64,000 nt of DNA from Verrucomicrobiota bacterium (lineage in GTDB: Bacteria > Verrucomicrobiota > Verrucomicrobiia > Opitutales > Cerasicoccaceae), in NCBI GenBank assembly GCA_039818205.1, contig JBCBUK010000002.1:64001-128000 (forward strand). Direction: 5' to 3'. Positions 18,317-27,007 of the stretch are shown piece by piece (the first letter of the stretch is position 1; the number at the start of each line of letters is the position of its first letter). The position numbers and the translations under genes were made by a program. The notes beneath the pieces are model-generated. The model was not told the DNA's origin. It did not search any database and saw nothing but the letters and a program-made list of their open reading frames with translations.

Positions 18317-21208
18317 ATGCAACGTCTTTTCAAAGTCTGCTACAATCATGCATTGATCGTAATAGCCTTGGTCCTCTTGGTGACGGGGTATGCGATTTGG
18401 CAGGCGTTCAGTCTTCAGGTAAATGTATCGACGGATTCACTGATCCCAGAGGACAGTCCGCTTCAGCAAGAGTATGACAGTGTTACCGAGAAGTTTGGTT
18501 CCGACCAGCTGGCGCTCGTCTACATCCAAGACGACGACCTTTTCAGTACCGAGAAGCTGGAACACTTAAAGACCCTGGGAAAAGAGCTGAAGAAGCTGCC
18601 CTTGGTTGAGCGGGTTGAGTCCCTCTTCACGGTGAATGATATTCGCTCGGTGAACGGTTGGGTGGATACCTCGCCGCTATTGCGCCGAATACCCAAGACG
18701 GCCGAGGCGCTCGAGGAGAAGCAGGAACAGGCGATTGAAAATCCGCTCATGCGGCGGGCGATTATTTCTAACTCCGGCAATGCGACGCTGATCACCCTCT
18801 ATTTGACGAGTGGCGATGGTGAGCAGATGGATCGTGACCAAGCGATCTACCAACAGATCGAGGAGATTTTGAATGGGCGATATGCAGCATCTGCACCCAA
18901 GCTGCCGGAGAATATCGACCAACTGCCGCCCGCAATCCGTCGGGCGATGGAGGAAAAGGCCAAGGAATCGGTGCAAGAGCCGGTCAATTACACCACAAAG
19001 TTTGATCGCATTTTTCAGGTGGGTAGCCCAGCGCTTCATGTCCTGATGGCGGATTATATCATCGACGATCAATCGGTTCTCCTGCCGATCGCTGCGCTCG
19101 TGCTCGTTTTGCTGATTGGCTTGATGATGGGTAGCTTTCAGGCAGCGATCATTCCGGTTATCAATGCGGTGATCAGTACCGCCTGGACCTTTGGCTTCAT
19201 GGTGGCCTTCGACATACCGATCAGCATGTTGAACTACATTGTCCCGGCCTTGATTTTGATTATTGGGGCAACGGAGGATGTCCACATCCTCAATGAATAC
19301 CGAGACGCCAAGGAGGAAGGAATAATTGGTGCGGAAGCCGTAGCGCAGATTGCCAATCGGATCGGGTTGACCCTGTTCTTAACCGGTGTGACTACCTCGC
19401 TGGGTTTTGCCGTAACGGGACTCAACGCGCTCTCGATCATGCAGGAATTTGGCATGACCGCAGCGCTCGGCATGCTTTCCCGCTTCGTTATTTCGATTAC
19501 CTTTTTACCCGCATGGCTGAGGCTTTTTGGCCGCTTTATTCGTTCCGCCCATCACACTGAGCGTCACGAGACAGCACACTTTAGACTAACGAACCGGATT
19601 AGCTCGTTCCTTGAGAAGCGACTGTTGAAAGACCCACGGCGGGTCATTGGCGTATTCCTGCTCATTGCGCTTCCCTGCTTGATCTTCATTCCGCAGATCC
19701 GGGTTAGCAACGATCTCATTAGCTTTTTGCGGCCGGATTCACCCATTGTTGAGCAGCTAAACCTTGTCGCGAATCAGCTGAGCGGCAGCAAGGTCATTTA
19801 CGTGACCTTTGATGGGACCGCGGGCGACTACAAGAAAGCGGACCGTCTGAAGGAGCTGGAGTCGCTCTCAAGTTGGTTGCGCCAGGATGATCGGCTCGAC
19901 ACGGTGACCTCGCTGGCCGACTACATTTCATTGGTCAATAAGGCAATGCGGGGCGGAGATCCTGCGGACCAGGTTATCCCTGATAACGATCAGCTCATTG
20001 CCCAGTACCTCGTCTTTTTCCATCGATCGGATTTAAAGCCATATGTGACGGGCGATTTCTCTTCGGCCAATGTGGTTATTCGGACCAATATCAGCGATAG
20101 CAGCGAACTGAACGAATTGGTTGCCAGTATTGAGCAAGCCGCTGACCAGGGGCAGTTCGGACGCAATCAGATTACGGTGTCGGGCAAATCGGTGATGGTG
20201 GCTTCGGCCGTTGATAAGATTATCGGTGGCCAGGTCATCTCCTTGTCCAGCATGACGGCACTCCTTTTCTTAATTGTTGGCGTCTTGTTCCTTTCGACCC
20301 GGGCGGCGAGCTTGGCGGTATTGTCCAACCTGTTCCCGGTGACTGTTGTATTTGGGATTATGGCCGTGTCCGGTGTCTCGCTCAATGTTGGTACTTGTAT
20401 GGTCGCCGCGATAACCATCGGTATCGCGGTGGACGACACGCTGCATCTGATGGTGCGTTACAACCGGGAGTTAAAGCGCCTCAAAGACGAACATAAAGCG
20501 ATCGTTGCATCGGTTCGGGCAGAGTTTTTTCCTGTGCTGACGACTTCCCTGGGCCTGGCGGGCGGCTTTGTCATTCTAGGATTCTCTAGCTTTGTGCCCG
20601 TTATGCAGTTTGGACTGCTCAGTGCGGTGGTCATGTTGCTGGCCTTGATTGCGGATGTAATCCTGACCCCGGTTCTGTTGTCAACCACTCGCCTGATCAC
20701 CCTCTGGGACGTATTGGGATTCAACCTGCGAAATGCCCTGCTGGAGCGATCGGAGATGTTTTCTGGCTTAACGAAATGGCAGGCAAAGAAGCTCATCCTC
20801 CTGGCCAATTTGGAAGAGCGGGAGGTCGGGGAATACATCGTCCGGGAGGGCGAGGTTGGCGATTGCGTCTACGTCATCATTGATGGCGAGCTCGAGGTAA
20901 CGAAAGAGATCGACGGCCGCCGAGTCGTCCTCTCTCGATTGAAGCTTGGGGACATCTTTGGCGAGGTCGCCTTGATCTCCGACGTCAAGCGGACGGCAGA
21001 CGTTACGGCGACAACGGACGCCCGATTGCTGGTGCTGGATTGGAATTCGTTGGTCAATCTGCAGCGATACAATCCGTTCTTGTCTTCGCGCTTGTTCCTT
21101 AACCTTTCGCGAATCCTGGGTCAGCGGCTTAAGTCTTCGCTCGAACGCATCGAGTCACCCGCACCGTTTCCGACGCGCACGCCCTTTAAGCCGAAGCAAA
21201 AGGGCTAG
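18317..21208 (+). CDS. MMPL/RND-family transporter with C-terminal cyclic-nucleotide-binding domain
   Basis: Two MMPL halves (IIGATEDVH; GIAVDDTLH); C-terminal IVREGEVGD-YVIIDG-LEV...GDIFGEVAL...RTADV. Confidence 0.9.
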   Translation: MQRLFKVCYNHALIVIALVLLVTGYAIWQAFSLQVNVSTDSLIPEDSPLQQEYDSVTEKFGSDQLALVYIQDDDLFSTEKLEHLKTLGKELKKLPLVERVESLFTVNDIRSVNGWVDTSPLLRRIPKTAEALEEKQEQAIENPLMRRAIISNSGNATLITLYLTSGDGEQMDRDQAIYQQIEEILNGRYAASAPKLPENIDQLPPAIRRAMEEKAKESVQEPVNYTTKFDRIFQVGSPALHVLMADYIIDDQSVLLPIAALVLVLLIGLMMGSFQAAIIPVINAVISTAWTFGFMVAFDIPISMLNYIVPALILIIGATEDVHILNEYRDAKEEGIIGAEAVAQIANRIGLTLFLTGVTTSLGFAVTGLNALSIMQEFGMTAALGMLSRFVISITFLPAWLRLFGRFIRSAHHTERHETAHFRLTNRISSFLEKRLLKDPRRVIGVFLLIALPCLIFIPQIRVSNDLISFLRPDSPIVEQLNLVANQLSGSKVIYVTFDGTAGDYKKADRLKELESLSSWLRQDDRLDTVTSLADYISLVNKAMRGGDPADQVIPDNDQLIAQYLVFFHRSDLKPYVTGDFSSANVVIRTNISDSSELNELVASIEQAADQGQFGRNQITVSGKSVMVASAVDKIIGGQVISLSSMTALLFLIVGVLFLSTRAASLAVLSNLFPVTVVFGIMAVSGVSLNVGTCMVAAITIGIAVDDTLHLMVRYNRELKRLKDEHKAIVASVRAEFFPVLTTSLGLAGGFVILGFSSFVPVMQFGLLSAVVMLLALIADVILTPVLLSTTRLITLWDVLGFNLRNALLERSEMFSGLTKWQAKKLILLANLEEREVGEYIVREGEVGDCVYVIIDGELEVTKEIDGRRVVLSRLKLGDIFGEVALISDVKRTADVTATTDARLLVLDWNSLVNLQRYNPFLSSRLFLNLSRILGQRLKSSLERIESPAPFPTRTPFKPKQKG

Positions 21209-21245
21209 AATCCATTTTGAGGAAGTCTTTTTTCCCCAGGGGTGG

Positions 21246-21277
21246 CCGCCTGGGGACGCTGACGCATCCCCAGACGG
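21246..21277 (-). terminator. 14-bp stem-loop favouring the minus strand (no U-tract)
   Basis: Minus strand CCGTCTGGGGATGC-gtca-GCGTCCCCAGGCGG; two U-G wobbles that would be A-C mismatches on the plus strand. Confidence 0.55.
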
Positions 21278-21287
21278 TATCGTAGCA

Positions 21288-21425
21288 TCAGCTGTAGTAG
21301 TAACGATCCTCGCGGCGTAAGGGGGTATTGCCGAGAGCGACCATTATCTCTTTTCGGTAAGCTGGACGCCGACCGAAGTAATGCCTGTTAGTAGGGCAGA
21401 AAAGTTTCGTTGGTAATTGAGTCAA
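21288..21425 (-). CDS. Candidate small basic protein (45 aa), not in the ORF track
   Basis: TTG 21425 to TGA 21288: MTQLPTKLFCPTNRHYFGRRPAYRKEIMVALGNTPLRREDRYYYS (alternative ATG at 21344); lies between a promoter-like site and a stem-loop. Confidence 0.3.
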   Translation of the reverse strand: MTQLPTKLFCPTNRHYFGRRPAYRKEIMVALGNTPLRREDRYYYS

Positions 21426-21558
21426 AACGACGATTATAACGAAAATCCGCTGGGGGATTTTGACTGGAAGGTGATATAATGAGAACGTAGTTTCAAACGA
21501 TAGGCTCCGATATCTACGTTGGTGGGAAAGGATGTGATTTCCAAAATCACTTTGGCTG

Positions 21559-21586
21559 AGGCTAGCACTTGTAAAAAAATCGGCAA
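21559..21586 (-). promoter_or_regulatory. Sigma70-like promoter candidate
   Basis: Minus strand TTGCCG-N16-TAGCCT with extended -10 TG. Confidence 0.35.
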
Positions 21587-21632
21587 GCCCAGAATGTTAC
21601 AATTCGGGTTTTCCCTCCCCCCAGCTCCGGTA

Positions 21633-22265
21633 TCAAACGAGGACAAATGGGTTATTTAGGCGCTCGTGGTCGACTGTTGAGGTTGGACCATGGCCCGGGA
21701 AAATGGTGGTTTCCGGCGGAAGGGTGTATATTTGTTCCTTAATTGATCGTTCTAGGACGGGGAAACTGCCCCCTGGCAAATCGGTGCGGCCAATCCCGCC
21801 TGCAAATATTACGTCGCCGACGAAAGCGGCCTTTTCCTCGGGAAATACGAGGGTCACATTGCCTGGGCAGTGGCCCGGAGTGTGGCGAATGTCGATTGAG
21901 CGGCCGAGTAGTTCGAGGGGTTTGCTGGTGTCGAACCAGTGGTCAATCTGGGGTTCGTCAACCGCAGTCGGGATACCAAACATTGCCACCTGCTCCTTCA
22001 ACTTCGACATCATCTCACGATCATCTGCGTGGGCGTAGACGGGAGTTCCCTGGCGGTTGAATGCTGATGCGCCCATCACATGATCGAAATGTCCATGCGT
22101 CAAAAGGACGGCCACCAAGTTGATGCCCGAGCCATCAAGCACACCCGAGACCCGCTCCCAGGCCATCTGCGGAGCATCAATCAGGATGGCTTCCTTGCGG
22201 TCGTCATCCGTTAGTAAATAGGCGTTGGTCCCAATTGGAGGGAGTTCGAAGGTCTCGATCCGCAT
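21633..22265 (-). CDS. MBL-fold metallo-hydrolase (glyoxalase II-like)
   Basis: THGHFDH, HTPGH, GRTDLPGG, PGHGP. Confidence 0.93.
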   Translation of the reverse strand: MRIETFELPPIGTNAYLLTDDDRKEAILIDAPQMAWERVSGVLDGSGINLVAVLLTHGHFDHVMGASAFNRQGTPVYAHADDREMMSKLKEQVAMFGIPTAVDEPQIDHWFDTSKPLELLGRSIDIRHTPGHCPGNVTLVFPEEKAAFVGDVIFAGGIGRTDLPGGSFPVLERSIKEQIYTLPPETTIFPGHGPTSTVDHERLNNPFVLV

Positions 22266-22383
22266 GGTTAGTTTCTTAGATCGGCAGGTGGTCGGGTTCA
22301 ACGTTCGATTGTTTCGGCAAAGAACTAATTTTGCCAATTCATCGTTGCGTTTTCGTCACCGCACGCCTTTTTCGAAAGCCTCT

Positions 22384-23487
22384 ATGAGCAAAACCTTGAA
22401 ATTCGCAGTGTTGCCCGGCGATGGGATCGGGCCTGAAGTCATGGAAGTCGCGCTGGAAGTGCTGACTGCAGCGACTCAGTCCGAGGGCTATCATCTCGAT
22501 TTTGCGACTGCCGATGTCGGCGGTATCGCGATTGATAATCATGGCAAAGCATTGCCGCAATCCACTCTTGATGTTTGCCGTTCGGTGGACGCCATCTTGT
22601 TTGGATCCGTTGGTGGACCAAAATGGGAAACCCTGCCGCCCAAGGAACAACCAGAACGCGCAGCCCTCCTTCCACTGCGCAAGGAATTCAATCTGTTTGC
22701 CAACATCCGTCCAGGACTGCTCTTCCCGGAACTCGTTGATGCCTCCCCGCTAAAGACGGAGCGGATCCCTGAAGGAATCGATATTGTTTGTATTCGTGAG
22801 TTGACTGGCGGCATCTACTTTGGCCAGCCCAAGACCACGCGCACGCTGGACAATGGCGAGAAAGAAGCCTTGGACACCATGGTCTACAAGACCAGTGAGA
22901 TTGAGCGCATTGCCGAGGTCGCTGCAGTTTCTGCCTACGGGCGGGGCAAGCGGGTTTGCTCGGTCGACAAGGCCAATGTTCTTGAAACCTCGGTGTTGTG
23001 GCGCCAGACCGTTACCGAATACTTTGCGAAGAATCACCCTGAGATCGAGCTGAGTCACATGTATGTCGACAATGCGGCAATGCAACTGGCTCGGGATCCG
23101 AATCAGTTCGACGTGCTTTTCACTGAAAACATGTTTGGTGACATTCTCTCGGACGAAATGGGCGTAATTTGTGGCTCTCTCGGTATGATGAGCAGCGCTA
23201 GCTTGGGCACCGGAACGAACGCCCACAGCAAGCCATTCGGTCTGTATGAGCCAGCCGGTGGAACCGCGCCAGATATCGCAGGACAAGGCATCGCGAATCC
23301 GTGTGCTCAGATTCTGTCCGCTGCGATGATGTTGCGCTACAGTTTTGGTTTGGATGCGATTGCAGATCGTATCCAGGACGCCGTTAAGGCAACGGTTCAG
23401 GCTGGAACGCGCACGGGCGATATCGCCTTTGGTGGTGCGTCGGTCGGGACCAAGGAAATGGGCCAGGCAATCCAGGAGCGCCTCTAA
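22384..23487 (+). CDS. leuB: 3-isopropylmalate dehydrogenase
   Basis: LPGDGIGPEV, GSVGGPKW, RELTGGIYFG, VDKANVL, NMFGDILSDE, YEPAGGTAPDIAG. Confidence 0.97.
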   Translation: MSKTLKFAVLPGDGIGPEVMEVALEVLTAATQSEGYHLDFATADVGGIAIDNHGKALPQSTLDVCRSVDAILFGSVGGPKWETLPPKEQPERAALLPLRKEFNLFANIRPGLLFPELVDASPLKTERIPEGIDIVCIRELTGGIYFGQPKTTRTLDNGEKEALDTMVYKTSEIERIAEVAAVSAYGRGKRVCSVDKANVLETSVLWRQTVTEYFAKNHPEIELSHMYVDNAAMQLARDPNQFDVLFTENMFGDILSDEMGVICGSLGMMSSASLGTGTNAHSKPFGLYEPAGGTAPDIAGQGIANPCAQILSAAMMLRYSFGLDAIADRIQDAVKATVQAGTRTGDIAFGGASVGTKEMGQAIQERL

Positions 23488-23497
23488 GGTATTTTTT

Positions 23498-23529
23498 AAG
23501 CACGTGGGGTTCGCCTCACGTGCTTTTTT
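23498..23529 (+). terminator. Rho-independent terminator
   Basis: AAGCACGTGGGG-ttcg-CCTCACGTGCTTTTTT. Confidence 0.9.
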
Positions 23530-23570
23530 GTGCCTTCAGGTCGAGATTTTCCGTTGCGTATCGACCTTGT

Positions 23571-24767
23571 CTAGGCGGGAGCCAAGGCAATTTCACGGTA
23601 GGGCTCTCGAAGCTCCGTCAGATCAATCATTGGCTCATCGGACTTTGATTCGAGAATCTGGGATGGAACCAAGATGTCTCCGAATCCCAAGGCTCCCGCA
23701 ACCGCCGTGTCGGAAGTCATGGATTGGTGGCAGCTTGCGTTTATCAAGCCCCCGGTGTAGGTCCACTTGCCAACGGGTTCACGCTCGCGGCGTGCCCCGA
23801 TCAAGCAGGCATCGACGACGGTGGGGATAAATCCGCGCTCGGCTCGGTAGAGTGAGCCCGAATAGCCCCACTCGAGTGAGCGTGCGCAGTCTCCATGGAT
23901 GGCATCGGCTTCGTCGATGAGGATCGGGGGCCGGTTGGGCCATTCGGCAAAGAGGGCGACGGCTGAGTTGGCAAAGGTGTTTTCGACTGCGAATGGTTGT
24001 TCGATATAGTCGACTTTTCTCCCGAGGCGGCTGGTGGTGGGCTCGGTTTCGAGGCGATCCCATAGGTTTTTCAGGCCCTGAGGCTCAAATGCCTGCATTC
24101 CGTCGAAGCTAAGTCGGTAGCGTTCGACTTTCAGATGATCGAGCGCCTGGACCAAATGCTGGATTCTCTCGAAGTCCGCATCGACGTTTCCCTGCAATTC
24201 CAGACTGAATCGTTGGAGACTATGGGCAGTAACCAGGCGCTGCAGAGCATCCGCTGAGGATAAATCGAATGCAGGATCGATCTGCAGTCTCACTGGGATT
24301 TCTTCTCGCGGCACTTCCATGAGCTCATGGGGCTGCCGCCCCTTCAAGGGGCTGCACACCATGCCGAGATCGATCTCAAAGGCATTGGTTTGGAGCAGTT
24401 CCGAGATTGAGCGTTCTCGGGAGCGGCAGAATGCATCGAGGATTGCCCGTTCAACCAGGGCGAGCCCGAATCGAGCAAACGCTGCTTGTCGATCGTTCGT
24501 TCGCTTCCAGATTTCCAGACGGTCGCGTAGATTCCGCCAAAATTTGAAGAAGGATTGACCATAGTTCTCCGTCGCCAGGCAAGCCGCCTGTTCAGCGGAC
24601 TGGAAGAGCGATTGCGGGTCATCGCCCCGCAGGTCAAAGATGGCGAGACCAGGCACCGGCGAGGCATTCTCGCCAATGGTGATTTGCAGTGTGCAGCACA
24701 AGGCACCCGGAGTTGCCGGAGAGGTTGAGGGGAGGGATTGAATGGACGAACGACGAACGCGTATCAT
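23571..24767 (-). CDS. Divergent enolase-superfamily-like protein
   Basis: FG-AL-ERAILDAFCR, YIEQP, LIDEAD, GYSG blocks; putative catalytic positions look degenerate. Confidence 0.6.
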   Translation of the reverse strand: MIRVRRSSIQSLPSTSPATPGALCCTLQITIGENASPVPGLAIFDLRGDDPQSLFQSAEQAACLATENYGQSFFKFWRNLRDRLEIWKRTNDRQAAFARFGLALVERAILDAFCRSRERSISELLQTNAFEIDLGMVCSPLKGRQPHELMEVPREEIPVRLQIDPAFDLSSADALQRLVTAHSLQRFSLELQGNVDADFERIQHLVQALDHLKVERYRLSFDGMQAFEPQGLKNLWDRLETEPTTSRLGRKVDYIEQPFAVENTFANSAVALFAEWPNRPPILIDEADAIHGDCARSLEWGYSGSLYRAERGFIPTVVDACLIGARREREPVGKWTYTGGLINASCHQSMTSDTAVAGALGFGDILVPSQILESKSDEPMIDLTELREPYREIALAPA

Positions 24768-24881
24768 TGCAGGAGTAGACTTTGGGTAGTCGGAGTCGGT
24801 TATCTATCACTTTGCGCCGCACATAAACAACAAATTTGCCCTTGGTTTGACTTTTTGATGCGGCTAAACTTCTTGATTATA

Positions 24882-25547
24882 GTGGCTTACAAGCATGTGA
24901 TTTGGGACTGGAATGGTACGCTGATGGATGATTCGTGGTTGTGCCTTGAGATTATGAACGGGATCTTAACCCGTCGCGGCCGCGAACCTATTCAGTTGGA
25001 GGACTATAGGGAAAATTTTCAATTCCCGGTGCAGCGATATTACGACTGGCTGCAGTTTGATCCAAGTGAAGACCCCTTTTCCAAGGTTAGCCATGAGTTT
25101 ATTGATGCCTACGAACAACGACGCACCGAGTGTCGGCTGTTTGATGGCGTGGTCGATGCACTCGCCTATTGGCATCAAGACGGAATTGAGCAGGTCGTAT
25201 TGTCAGCGTATCGCCATAATACACTGATCGAGATTGTCACCCATTATGGGCTGACGGGGTATTTCGACCGTTTGATCGGCCTGGATAATATCTACGCGGA
25301 GGGAAAGTCCGATCTAGCCGAATCGCATGCTGCTTCGCTGCGGCATGAGCCGCACGAAGTGTTGTTGATTGGAGACACGGTTCACGATGCGGAGGTAGCC
25401 GCAAAGATTGGTGCCGATTGTGTCCTCATTGCCGACGGTCACAATTCACTGCCTCGTCTGCTGGCTACGGGGTGTCCCGTGGTGCCGACGATTCTCGATC
25501 TCGAACAGGTCCTCGACTTGAAGACCCGAGCACTTCGCGCTAGTTAG
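24882..25547 (+). CDS. HAD-family hydrolase
   Basis: WDWNGTL motif I, VLSA motif II, IGDTVHD motif IV; GTG start at 24882. Confidence 0.9.
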   Translation: MAYKHVIWDWNGTLMDDSWLCLEIMNGILTRRGREPIQLEDYRENFQFPVQRYYDWLQFDPSEDPFSKVSHEFIDAYEQRRTECRLFDGVVDALAYWHQDGIEQVVLSAYRHNTLIEIVTHYGLTGYFDRLIGLDNIYAEGKSDLAESHAASLRHEPHEVLLIGDTVHDAEVAAKIGADCVLIADGHNSLPRLLATGCPVVPTILDLEQVLDLKTRALRAS

Positions 25548-26308
25548 CCACTTGCGGATCGCTTGCCCTGAGCGATTAGGCGGTGGACACCGCGGTTTGC
25601 GGTGTTCTTTCGTGCGTGGTCCAGCGCCTTGCGTAGATGGTTGGTGTTCCCATTCTCAGCGGGCCCGATTTCTTCCAGGCTCGTCGGTAGGTCCATCTCG
25701 TCGTCGGGATCCGATTGCTGGACTTTGACGGGGCCGACGCCGAGCTCCGGATCGAGTTCTTCGGATTCGAGCGGTAGATCGTCGGCAAATAACTGATCGT
25801 CGGGGCTTTGCTTGGTGTCAGGCCCATTGCCACCAGATCCGACCAATGACGCTCCCGTTGGGCCAAAATTGAAATGAGGATTGGCTGGCGGGGTTGCTGC
25901 CTCTGCCGCCTTGGGCTGCTTGATCACCTCGCCCACGCCAAGGTCCTCGTCCGATTCGGTGAAGCGTGAGTGGGCAATGCGGGCGGACTCGGGCACGGAG
26001 CCGTTGTTGAGTTCGATCTCCGCGAGGCGGAACTCCAGCTTCACGACCTTGTTACGGATCTCGGCCCAATCTCCACCAGGCCCACCGTTGATGGCGTCGG
26101 CAATCAGCTCAATGACGTAGGGGGCGCAGGCGATCAGAGCACCCAGTGCAACGGATACCACCACCCAGGCCATTGCGGCTGTGGTTAATGCACCTTCTTG
26201 AGTGAAGGCAAGATACACACCGGCGATAACGAGCAATGCGTCGCCGATCCAGAACGGCCACTTTGGTATATGGCGTTTGGGTGCGCGCGGCAGATGATCA
26301 CTCGGCAT
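25544..26308 (-). CDS. Hypothetical membrane protein
   Basis: Two N-terminal TM helices (KWPFWIGD...), acidic low-complexity C-terminal region. Confidence 0.65.
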   Translation of the reverse strand: MPSDHLPRAPKRHIPKWPFWIGDALLVIAGVYLAFTQEGALTTAAMAWVVVSVALGALIACAPYVIELIADAINGGPGGDWAEIRNKVVKLEFRLAEIELNNGSVPESARIAHSRFTESDEDLGVGEVIKQPKAAEAATPPANPHFNFGPTGASLVGSGGNGPDTKQSPDDQLFADDLPLESEELDPELGVGPVKVQQSDPDDEMDLPTSLEEIGPAENGNTNHLRKALDHARKNTANRGVHRLIAQGKRSASG

Positions 26309-26437
26309 GCAGGTTGAACTAAGGGCTTATGTAACGGTATTGCAAACAGAAACTCATGTGTCGCGTGAGAAGCCGTGATTAATTGCCGGACCATCTTCAC
26401 TGTTGCCGTCTCGAATGTGCTTCCTAGTGTGCCTGCA

Positions 26438-27007
26438 ATGATGGAGTTTTTCCAGAGTTTGATCGAATGGACTCAGTCCATCAATCCGGTATTCGTAATG
26501 CCGGCGGTCGCGATATTGCCGTTGTTCGGATTCCCGGTTTCGGCACTGCTCATCATGGCGGGTTACTACTATGGTCCATGGTATGGAATGGTCGTGAGCC
26601 TGATCGGCATCGCGATCAATGATACCTTGGCTTATTGGTTGGCCCGCACCTTTATGCGTGGACCGATTCTCCGATTCCTCGAGAAGCGCAAAGTCAAGGT
26701 GCCCGACATTCCGAAGAAGGAAGAGATTCGGGTCATTGCGTTGATTCGCATCACCCCTGGGGCGCCGCTGTTCATCCAGAATTACCTGTTGGGCCTAGCT
26801 AACGTGAACTTTGCTCGATATATGTTGGTGTCGGTGCCGATTCAGGCGATCCACGCGGCTGGCTTCGTGGTTTTTGGTGGGGCCATATTTGAGGGTAAGA
26901 CTGGGACCATCATTTTCGCCGTTTTCTTCATGATCGCATTGGTTATCATCTTGCGTGTCGTCCACAGCCAAAACCAAGCCCGTGCCGCCAAAAAAGCCGC
27001 ATCCTGA
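26438..27007 (+). CDS. VTT/DedA (TVP38/TMEM64) family membrane protein
   Basis: AG-YG-GM, AYWLAR, IRITPGAPLFIQNYLLGL. Confidence 0.85.
   Translation: MMEFFQSLIEWTQSINPVFVMPAVAILPLFGFPVSALLIMAGYYYGPWYGMVVSLIGIAINDTLAYWLARTFMRGPILRFLEKRKVKVPDIPKKEEIRVIALIRITPGAPLFIQNYLLGLANVNFARYMLVSVPIQAIHAAGFVVFGGAIFEGKTGTIIFAVFFMIALVIILRVVHSQNQARAAKKAAS

Noticed and set aside
21209..21632. RNase P RNA, tmRNA or c-di-AMP riboswitch
   Set aside because: GAGGAAGTC only partly resembles GAGGAAAGUCC, and the other conserved elements and tRNA-like ends are absent
22225..22383. N-terminal extensions of leuB and the MBL gene in the ORF track (likewise 6719, 24738 and 39285)
   Set aside because: They overlap divergent genes or promoter regions; homology begins at downstream starts
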